NCBI GenBank assembly: GCA_029858305.1 | Contig: JAOUFI010000030.1 | Location: forward strand, 1 to 23,904 | Length of the DNA: 23,904 nucleotides | Source: Candidatus Thorarchaeota archaeon | GTDB taxonomy: Archaea; Asgardarchaeota; Thorarchaeia; Thorarchaeales; Thorarchaeaceae | Direction: 5' to 3' | Shown: positions 16,793 to 23,904 of the stretch, piece by piece | Numbering within the stretch: the first letter of the stretch is position 1 | Layout of the letters: each line of letters begins with the position of its first letter | The notes under the pieces: generated by a model | Told to the model about the DNA's origin: nothing | The model's input: only the letters and a program-made list of their open reading frames with translations | The model's database searches: none | Translations under genes and position numbers: made by a program

Positions 16793-18631
16793 TTACTCTG
16801 GTAACGGATCACCTGGCTTGCCTCCGCCTCCGGGCAGTGTGACATATTGCTGGTCACTACCAAGATAGTGATCTACTGCGTCATATGCCTTAACATTCAC
16901 CTGCATTTGTACAAATCCTAGTAGGAGCTCCCAACTCACATAGTAGTCACCATAGTAGGTGGGTGTATAGTCCGTGCCAACATAGAAGTACGAGGTCCAT
17001 ATACCCGTGCTGTACTTATATCTCACATAGACTTTCACATAGTCCATCGCAGAATAATGATTGGCTCGAACATACCCTGTCACTCCATTCACTTGCCAAG
17101 CACTGTAAGTGAGTTCTTGAGCATTGATTGGATCATATGTGTTATTTGGATTATACCCCCAAGCAATCTCCTGTGAATCACTGAGAATATCGCCATCCGT
17201 ACTCCAGGCATTGGGATTCGTATTGTACAAAACTACCTCTGAATAGTCTGACAATCCATCGTCGTCAGAATCAGAATCATAAGCGTCTGTATTATATATT
17301 AAATGCTCTTCTATATTATTGAGTCCATCGCCATCTGAGTCTATCTCGGGCCCTAAGCTATTTGCAATGATGTCAAATGGTCGGTCTGGATTGCCGTTGT
17401 TAGGATCTATCTGCAATCCGGCATGATTGATTGCCAAAACGCAATACTGTGATGCAAACGAGAGATGTGCGCTCCACTGAGCAACTACATCATCGTTGAA
17501 TCCGCTGTGGTAGTAGAGCAGAAGAATCCCCAGACCAAGATCAGTGCCAGAGATTGTCGTCCATTCGATATCATATGAATACTGTGCTGGGTTATCGTTA
17601 AGAGTTAGCAAGAAGTCACTTTCAGGAACCAGTGTATCCAGTAGATTACTATCCCAATTAGGTCCCCAAAGTGAAGTCAGGAAAAGGATGAGTTCACTCG
17701 GTACTGACCCATCGCCCAAGTAAGTACCATAGTGAGGGGTGCCTAATGTGATTACTCGACCCACATCTATATCACATATTCTGAGAGTGCTTCGATAATA
17801 GCGGAGCATTTCCCTAGCGATTAAGCCTCCCAGACTATGACTTACAATGTCAATCTGTGTTCCAGCTTCATAACCTGCATTGACGATGTCTTCTACCAAA
17901 CGCCATGCAAAACTTGTCACGATGCAGTTCTCATGAACATCATATATATCCCACTCGGGAAATAGCTGCAGCCAATATTCTGTATAATCGAAATAGGCCA
18001 CCGAATCGTAGTCCGATAATATATCATGATCATCCAAGTACGAGTACAGATCATTCCAACTCTCGGTATTCCCAAAATAACCATGAACAAAGTACAGAAC
18101 AGAGCCTAAAGGATGTAGCATTGCATTTTGTGCTTTCATAACATCATCGATATCTATGTCTATAGATGTATGACGTAATATTTTTTCTTGAATAAGAAAG
18201 CAACTAAGAATCGCTCCTGCCTCTGCATCAATTAAACCTTCAAATCCGTATATGTTTTTTTCAGTATCTGTTGGTGAGAAACAAGCAAGAACTATAGAGA
18301 TGTCGACACCAAGAATATCAAGTATATCATAAAGACTTTCCCAGCTAATGACTTTTCCAGCAGTTACCAATCCCTCAATAGTTCCATGTCCAATGAGAAT
18401 AAGTGCATCCACAGAAGATGGGATATTTCTTATTGAGTCATAGTCGGATATCTCAGTAATGACGCTGTCATCATTGATTTGACCACAGATGGTGCTTATT
18501 GCTATGTTCACACTCGAATCTGTGTTGTCAGTAGATACTATCATGATATCCTGAGTTTCAGGTGATGAGATTGCGATACCGAACATCGGAATAAGTAGTA
18601 TTAATATAACCAATTTAGCGTTAATTCTCAT
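16793..18631 (-). CDS. Secreted multidomain protein: putative clan CD peptidase-like domain + alpha/beta hydrolase (lipase/PGAP1-like) + Ca-binding DxDxDG repeats + beta-rich C-terminal domain
   Basis: Signal peptide from ATG at 18631 (track start 18652). Hydrolase motifs FVHGY, IVSHSLGG, ITLGTPHYG, NDDVV, NHAGL. DSDGDGL/DSDDDGL/STDGDIL repeats. ILIGHG and IVLACFS in the N-terminal domain. Confidence 0.8.
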   Translation of the reverse strand: MRINAKLVILILLIPMFGIAISSPETQDIMIVSTDNTDSSVNIAISTICGQINDDSVITEISDYDSIRNIPSSVDALILIGHGTIEGLVTAGKVISWESLYDILDILGVDISIVLACFSPTDTEKNIYGFEGLIDAEAGAILSCFLIQEKILRHTSIDIDIDDVMKAQNAMLHPLGSVLYFVHGYFGNTESWNDLYSYLDDHDILSDYDSVAYFDYTEYWLQLFPEWDIYDVHENCIVTSFAWRLVEDIVNAGYEAGTQIDIVSHSLGGLIAREMLRYYRSTLRICDIDVGRVITLGTPHYGTYLGDGSVPSELILFLTSLWGPNWDSNLLDTLVPESDFLLTLNDNPAQYSYDIEWTTISGTDLGLGILLLYYHSGFNDDVVAQWSAHLSFASQYCVLAINHAGLQIDPNNGNPDRPFDIIANSLGPEIDSDGDGLNNIEEHLIYNTDAYDSDSDDDGLSDYSEVVLYNTNPNAWSTDGDILSDSQEIAWGYNPNNTYDPINAQELTYSAWQVNGVTGYVRANHYSAMDYVKVYVRYKYSTGIWTSYFYVGTDYTPTYYGDYYVSWELLLGFVQMQVNVKAYDAVDHYLGSDQQYVTLPGGGGKPGDPLPE

Positions 18632-18777
18632 TATTCTCCCTTCAAGTGCCACGATTGCTAAGCGTTTCTATGCCAAATCCATGTTCAGTTTGCTTCTTAA
18701 TAAATTAGTCGTAAATCAAGTATTAGAACATCGCCGCCTCTATTGTAATTGTTTAATATCAGGTATATCTATGCAAA

Positions 18778-18819
18778 TCCAAGCTCGTGACCCGGGTTCG
18801 AATCCCGGTGGCCGCACCA
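18778..18819 (+). repeat. 3' half of a tRNA-Gly (attR-like copy)
   Basis: TCCAA-GCTCG-TGAC-CCGGG-TTCGAAT-CCCGG-TGGCCGC-ACCA, with no 5' half upstream. Confidence 0.9.
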
Positions 18820-18832
18820 TTTCTATTTCAGC

Positions 18833-19324
18833 TCATTTACTCAATTTTGTTACACGTTCTGAGAGAGCTAACGCTTCCATATCGCTTGGATTATTCTTCA
18901 GATATTCTCCAATACTTGTATTCGCGCCTATGGGGTCACCAAGTTTCTCTTTACACACGGCAGAATAGTATAATGCCCTAGTATGTCCTGGCATGATTTT
19001 TAGAATATAGTTCAGATATCTAAGAGCTCTCTTCCACTCTTCTTTATCAATCAATTCCAAGGCAAGCTCGAGATTTTTCTCAGTCACAGCATATGTTCCA
19101 TAGCGAATCTTGTATCTGTACCATCCATTAATCGATTTGAATCCATAAATGCCCAAAGGAACAAAAAATCCGAGAAGGAGCGCAGTTACATCGTCCCAAG
19201 GAAGATATCCCCATCGTGATAGAGCAAGGCAAGTTAAGGATGCAAAGGTACTATTTGTAAGATACCATACTGCCTGCCATTTTGGTTCAATCAGAACTGC
19301 ATCAGAAAGTTCTCTTAGGTTCAT
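18833..19324 (-). CDS. Membrane protein with two TM helices and C-terminal TPR repeats
   Basis: Two hydrophobic segments, then WKRALRYLNYILKIMPGHTRALYYSAVCKEKLGD...A...YLKNNPSD TPR pattern. Confidence 0.75.
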   Translation of the reverse strand: MNLRELSDAVLIEPKWQAVWYLTNSTFASLTCLALSRWGYLPWDDVTALLLGFFVPLGIYGFKSINGWYRYKIRYGTYAVTEKNLELALELIDKEEWKRALRYLNYILKIMPGHTRALYYSAVCKEKLGDPIGANTSIGEYLKNNPSDMEALALSERVTKLSK

Positions 19325-19469
19325 GTGAATCGCTTAGTTGAACATCGCAGACCAGTGTAAAAAGGAAAATGATTTGCGCTATCTAAAGGATTAACTCCTC
19401 AACAGCTTGATTCGGTAACGCAACCCTTTTGTTATCACTGACAAGTCACACCACGTACGAGGCATCTCC

Positions 19470-21482
19470 ATGGAATCACTAAAACATAATGGCATTCTTG
19501 TCATAGGCTCACTACCAGCCAGTGGATTCAAGATTATTGCTCGAAACACCGAAGTGATTCTATCTCAACTACAAGAAGAAATGGCTGTTGCTTGGGTCAG
19601 AAAACTCGGCACGCCTTATGTCGAAGATCCAGTATTTGCTGAGAACTTCATGACTGACTTTAGTAAAGCTCTTGGAATTAGACCCCCACTACGAGTGGAG
19701 GAAGTAGACTTTGCCGAGGTCATTCATGCAGTGAATGAGGAACGAGCTCTTAAGGAACTGATGACTTCTGAAGAAAAGAAAGCTCAAAGAGAGGAGAGGA
19801 AAGCCCTAAGAGATCGCCTCAAGGAGAAGTATGGTTTTGCGATAGTTGATGGAGAGCGAATGGAGCTCGGCAACTATCAGACGGAGCCCTCTGGGATATT
19901 TATGGGACGCGGTCAACACCCCCTCAGAGGTAGATGGAAACAGGGCGCCTCCCGGAAAGATATCACTCTGAATATTGATCCAGAGGCTGCAAAGACGCTA
20001 GAAGATGAGTGGAAAGAACTGATTTGGGCTCCTGATACGATGTGGATTGCCAAATGGACCGATGAGCTCACTGGAAAGGTGAAGTACATCTGGTTGCATG
20101 ATAGTACCCCCATCAAACAGGAACGAGAGTCTGCAAAGTTCGACAAGGCGCTCAAGGTTGAGAAACGGATTGATGAGATTCGAGACCATATCATGGACGG
20201 GTTGCGTTCAGATAAAGCCCAGAGAAGAATGGTGGCTGCGGCTTGTTATCTAATTGATAGTCTTAGCCTAAGGGTTGGTGACGAGAAAGATCCCGATGAG
20301 GCTGACACAGTAGGCGCAACAACACTACGCGTAGAACATCTGACATTCAAAAAGGACTCAATAGTCTTTGACTTTCTTGGAAAGGACAGTGTACCATGGC
20401 ATAAGGAAATCACCCCTAATCCTGATGTTTATACAGAATTGAAGGAACTCCATGATAATGCCAATGAGAGGATAGTATCTTTCAACGCGAGGAAGACCAA
20501 GAAAACTAAAGCTGATCCCAAGAAGATTGCACAAATCTTCCCGAGTATTGGTAGCACGCATGTGAATCGATTCTTGAGCGAGGTATATCCTGAACTCACA
20601 GCCAAGGTCTTTAGAACTTATCATGCCTCGACCATCATGCGCGAGGAGCTCAAGAAGAGCAAGGCGAAGAAGGCAGATCCTGAGTTTATCAAGAAAGAAG
20701 CATTCAAGCGAGCAAATCTTGAAGTGGCTCGTGTGATGAACCACACGAAACAGGCCGCAAAAGGTTGGAGTAGTAGTGCTACCAGATATCAGGAGCGCAT
20801 TAAGAAAGCCGAAAAACGAGTTCAAAAAGCCAAATTGGAATTGAGTGAAAAACAGCTACGTCTAAGAAAAATCAAGAAGAAAGAATCTGTTGCACGAAGC
20901 AAGAAACAAGAGCTACTTGGAAAACGAAAATCAACGGTTGAAACATACAAAACATCTGTTACCGCATGGCGAGAGAAACGTGATAGGGCAAAAGTTGCTT
21001 GGGACAACGCACGTGCCCAAAAGAGCAGCACCCGGTCAAGTAGACGAAAAGGGAAGACAACAAAAAAGGAACGTTTAGAATCTGCTCAAGAACGAATTGA
21101 TAGAACTAGAGAGAAACTAGAGAGTGCAGAAGTAGGCCTAGTCAGTGCTAGGGAACGCTATCAGAAGAGCAAGCAATCCTTGGAGAAGTTGCAAGAGTCA
21201 TTTAACAAATGGAAAGAGGATTCAACAAAACGCATAGCTTCTGCAGAGAAAGTTGTTCAGACCTTTAGAAACCGTATGAGTAATGTAGAACAGGCGAAGC
21301 AGAAAATTGAGATTGATTTTGTTCTTGCTAGGGACAGTCGCACATGGAATCTTGGTACCTCCTTGAAGTCCTATATCCATCCAAAGATTGTGTATAACTG
21401 GTCTCAAAGAGTTGATTACGATTGGAGGAAGGTTTACAGCAGGACTCTTCAGAGAAAGTTCGAGGGTTGGATTGGACAATAA
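19470..21482 (+). CDS. DNA topoisomerase IB (eukaryote-like) with long coiled-coil linker
   Basis: SLKHNG, EPSGIFMGRGQHPLRG, catalytic pentad R268 (LRVGDEKD), K305 (FLGKDS), R382 (AKVFRTY), H425 (MNH), Y635 (GTSLKSY). Confidence 0.96.
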   Translation: MESLKHNGILVIGSLPASGFKIIARNTEVILSQLQEEMAVAWVRKLGTPYVEDPVFAENFMTDFSKALGIRPPLRVEEVDFAEVIHAVNEERALKELMTSEEKKAQREERKALRDRLKEKYGFAIVDGERMELGNYQTEPSGIFMGRGQHPLRGRWKQGASRKDITLNIDPEAAKTLEDEWKELIWAPDTMWIAKWTDELTGKVKYIWLHDSTPIKQERESAKFDKALKVEKRIDEIRDHIMDGLRSDKAQRRMVAAACYLIDSLSLRVGDEKDPDEADTVGATTLRVEHLTFKKDSIVFDFLGKDSVPWHKEITPNPDVYTELKELHDNANERIVSFNARKTKKTKADPKKIAQIFPSIGSTHVNRFLSEVYPELTAKVFRTYHASTIMREELKKSKAKKADPEFIKKEAFKRANLEVARVMNHTKQAAKGWSSSATRYQERIKKAEKRVQKAKLELSEKQLRLRKIKKKESVARSKKQELLGKRKSTVETYKTSVTAWREKRDRAKVAWDNARAQKSSTRSSRRKGKTTKKERLESAQERIDRTREKLESAEVGLVSARERYQKSKQSLEKLQESFNKWKEDSTKRIASAEKVVQTFRNRMSNVEQAKQKIEIDFVLARDSRTWNLGTSLKSYIHPKIVYNWSQRVDYDWRKVYSRTLQRKFEGWIGQ

Positions 21483-21896
21483 TCATTGCTTAAGGATATT
21501 GGAGCGAATTCTTCTCTCAATCTCATCACGAGTTTCTCCAAATACGAAAAGAATCTCATCATAAGTGCCTTGGAAAGCAACAGGATCTTCCAGCGACCAG
21601 TGTTCCATTCGTTTTGCTCCAGGAAAGTGTGGGCAGACCTGTCTGGCATTATCACATACAGTGACCACAAGGTCAATCTCCAGCTGGACAAACTCTTTGA
21701 CAGGCTTTGGATAGAGTCCTTCTGTTGGAATTCCGCGCTCCTTCAACGCTTCAATAGCAAAAGTATTGACTTCTGATTGAGGTCTTGTTCCTGCACTGTA
21801 CACTTCAAAATCATCCCCACCAAGATGTCTTAGAAGTGCCTCTGCCATTTGACTTCTGGCAGAATTGCCTGTGCAGAGAAAGAGAACTCGTTTCAT
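21483..21896 (-). CDS. arsC: Thioredoxin-coupled arsenate reductase / LMW-PTP family
   Basis: LFLCTGNSARSQMAEA P-loop, VTVCD...CP redox cysteines, HWSLEDP. Start refined to ATG at 21896 (MKRVLF). Confidence 0.88.
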   Translation of the reverse strand: MKRVLFLCTGNSARSQMAEALLRHLGGDDFEVYSAGTRPQSEVNTFAIEALKERGIPTEGLYPKPVKEFVQLEIDLVVTVCDNARQVCPHFPGAKRMEHWSLEDPVAFQGTYDEILFVFGETRDEIERRIRSNILKQ

Positions 21897-22082
21897 TGAT
21901 TTTATCACCAGTGTTCTAGATAGAATTCTGAACATTCATCATTATTCTTTTGTATATGAAGCCTAACCTCAATCATGAACTCCAACACTTTTACCAATCC
22001 ACTCCTGCAACCAAATCTTGGTCATACCCAAGAGATGAAAGGATTTTTCTTATTCACTGAGATATGTGAAGAGGTGATATTT

Positions 22083-22361
22083 TTGCCGACTAGATTCATG
22101 GCAAGATTAGCAACAATTGATAACACTCATCTCGGATTCTATGTTCCCAAATATGTTAAGGAGTTTTACAATCTAGAGGAAGGCAGCTACAAAGGTGGGA
22201 TTGCTCCCAGAGAAGGAGACCTAACCAGCTGTTCTATCAAGCTACGTCCATACAAACACACGCTGCGTGGTACACTCCCCAAAAATATAGGACGAAAGGG
22301 CTCTATCGTTGAAGTGTGGCTCTACCGCCATTCTAGAACTCCCTTCAAGAAGTCTACTTGA
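22083..22361 (+). CDS. Small protein, possible duplicated AbrB-like (swapped-hairpin) fold
   Basis: GAGGTGA SD at 22071-22077 points to TTG at 22083 rather than 21975. FYVPKYVKEFYNLEEG and GTLPKNIGRKGSIVEVWL each resemble AbrB units. Confidence 0.5.
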   Translation: MPTRFMARLATIDNTHLGFYVPKYVKEFYNLEEGSYKGGIAPREGDLTSCSIKLRPYKHTLRGTLPKNIGRKGSIVEVWLYRHSRTPFKKST

Positions 22362-22462
22362 TTGAACGATATTACAAATCTTAGCTAGGTGCGATACAGA
22401 ATTTGATTCTATCATCTATCTAATTCATAATCTTGAAACTCTGAAGTCAGTGTCTTCGTCTT

Positions 22463-23050
22463 TTACGGAAGAATTTCAAGATCTTGGGAAATAATCCTGA
22501 GACCGATCTCCCTTCCGAGTCGATTAGCTTCATCCAATTTCTCTGAGCATGTTGATACATGGTAGTCCTCTGGCCCATCGACATTTTTGGAGCAATACAA
22601 TATTGAGCTGAACTTGAATCTGAAGTAGTCTTGAACGCGCTCAAAGAAACCGACCGTTGATTGATAGTGATGACGATATGTAAGAATCGCTACAAACTCC
22701 TTATCGACCCAGTACTTTTGAGTGTCCATAGCAAGAGCCTCCATTCTATCTAATGCAGTTTTCATTTGAGCTGTCATATATCCCCAGTACATCGGGGTTG
22801 CCCAAATAACTACATCAGCACCAGCAAAGACATCGTAGATCTGGTGCATATCATCATCAATTGCGCATTTGTGATTCTCTGAGGTTGCACAGGATTCACA
22901 TCCTTGGCATGGTCTTATCTTCATGTCATTCAGGATGAAATCAAGCACCTCAACCTCAGCGGCTGATTTGAGTCCCCGAATGAAGTAATCTGCGAGTGTG
23001 TCAGAGTTACCACCTCTTCTAGGGCTTCCGTGAAGTACAATAGCTCTCAT
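22463..23050 (-). CDS. Iron-sulfur flavoprotein (Isf)/flavodoxin-fold FMN reductase
   Basis: GSPRRGGNS FMN loop, CQGCESC-x7-C cluster motif, ATPMYWG, MKTALDR. Confidence 0.9.
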   Translation of the reverse strand: MRAIVLHGSPRRGGNSDTLADYFIRGLKSAAEVEVLDFILNDMKIRPCQGCESCATSENHKCAIDDDMHQIYDVFAGADVVIWATPMYWGYMTAQMKTALDRMEALAMDTQKYWVDKEFVAILTYRHHYQSTVGFFERVQDYFRFKFSSILYCSKNVDGPEDYHVSTCSEKLDEANRLGREIGLRIISQDLEILP

Positions 23051-23189
23051 GAAGGTAAACCTCTATCATTCATTTTGTTTCTCGTACTTTGTACAAAAAA
23101 AGAAAATCCATCGACGCAGTTTTCACTAAAGCATGTGTCTACAAGGAATTCCTTTTCAATAGGTGAATGATTCGCATAAGTGATTCACT

Positions 23190-23904
23190 TTGACACAAAC
23201 TTGGAAGTACAAGGGCCCCATCTTTGATGCACACACTCACATTGGCGAATCCCAAACACTGGATGAGATGTTACGCATCGAAGAAGAGTTTGGGATAGCT
23301 GCTCAAATTGGTATTGTACACTCAAAAGATGGATTTGATTTTGCAAAGAAACAATACCCTGGTAGGTTTGTCTTTGCCAAATACCTCTCTCTCACCGATA
23401 TTGCCCACTTCAATATAGAACCAGTGATTGAAGATATCGCTAAGACAAAAGAAGAAGGATATTCCCTTGCTAAGACATGGTTTGGTCCAAGGTGGCGAAA
23501 TTACATCGAGAATGTACCTCATGAATTTGGAATTGATCATCCCAAGCTCGACCCCATATTTCAAGCATTAGAGGATAACGACCTTCCTCTTCTTATTCAT
23601 GTTGCAGATCCGGATACTTACTTTAGTCTCCACTACCAAGATGCATCTGTATATGGGACGAAAGATGAGAATCTGCTCCAGCTTGAAAATGTGATGGAGC
23701 GTCATTCAAAGATTCACTTTCAAATTCCTCATTTTGGAGCTCAGCCTGAAATCCATAGGCTTCCTAATCTTGAAAAGTGGCTTGAGAGATTTCCCAATAT
23801 TATTCTTGACACCGCCTCCTCCCGATGGATGGCTAGAGAACTTAGCAAAGATGTAAAGAAAGCCCGCGAGTTCGTGATGAAGTATTCAGATAGAATCCTC
23901 TTTG
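23190..23904 (+). CDS. Amidohydrolase-2 family TIM-barrel metallohydrolase, 3' truncated by the window
   Basis: Not in the track (no stop). Hand translation from TTG at 23190: IFDAHTHIG...LPLLIHVADP...IPHFG...PNIILDTAS...DRILF. Confidence 0.88.
   Translation, partial: MTQTWKYKGPIFDAHTHIGESQTLDEMLRIEEEFGIAAQIGIVHSKDGFDFAKKQYPGRFVFAKYLSLTDIAHFNIEPVIEDIAKTKEEGYSLAKTWFGPRWRNYIENVPHEFGIDHPKLDPIFQALEDNDLPLLIHVADPDTYFSLHYQDASVYGTKDENLLQLENVMERHSKIHFQIPHFGAQPEIHRLPNLEKWLERFPNIILDTASSRWMARELSKDVKKAREFVMKYSDRILF

Larger units (their letters stand above)
15274..18819. mobile_element. tRNA-Gly-integrated genomic islet (~3.5 kb), no integrase
   Basis: Bounded by 42-nt imperfect direct repeats (tRNA 3' half at 15274-15315 and 18778-18819, 37/42 identical). 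Holds two secreted/surface protein genes. Confidence 0.7.

Noticed and set aside
19470-21482. TopIB as the islet's integrase (shared tyrosine-recombinase fold, near the att copy)
   Set aside because: It lies outside the repeats and has a full eukaryote-type TopIB architecture.
19913-21776. Short ORFs overlapping topIB and arsC
   Set aside because: Opposite-strand or out-of-frame shadows without coding signals.
23322-23564. 80-aa minus-strand ORF
   Set aside because: Antisense to the plus-strand amidohydrolase that the track missed because it has no stop in the window.
1-23904. CRISPR array, IS element, rRNA, intein or selenoprotein/SECIS
   Set aside because: No regularly spaced repeats, transposase or rRNA-like stretch seen by eye. 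TGA-ending genes end at their normal family lengths.

Overview
Archaeal chromosomal window, most likely from an Asgard archaeon (Thorarchaeia-like). This assignment is an inference from the archaeal ribosomal gene set, GGTGA-type SD sites, frequent TTG/GTG starts and a eukaryote-type topoisomerase IB; no database search was run. Bases 1113-12710 form an almost continuous minus-strand housekeeping cluster: rpp21-yhbY-rps19e-PDCD5-rpl39e-rpl31e-eIF6-rpl18a-pfdA-ftsY-argF-pfkB-ftsZ-secE-spt5-rpl11-rpl1-rplP0-rpl12, followed by an HDAC-family gene and a partial DinB-like gene. nep1 is divergent. After a membrane-protein gene comes tRNA-Gly(TCC). A ~3.5 kb integrase-less islet follows, closed by the 3' half of a different tRNA-Gly. 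It carries a BNR-repeat surface protein and a secreted protein that appears to fuse a caspase/gingipain-like (clan CD) His-Cys domain to a lipase. The right end has a TPR membrane protein, topoisomerase IB with a very long linker, arsC, an AbrB-like small protein, an iron-sulfur flavoprotein and a partial amidohydrolase. Most notable: the protease-lipase fusion and its islet, a C2HC zinc finger inserted in Spt5, and structured leaders in front of rpl11 (with an SD-led uORF) and rps19e.
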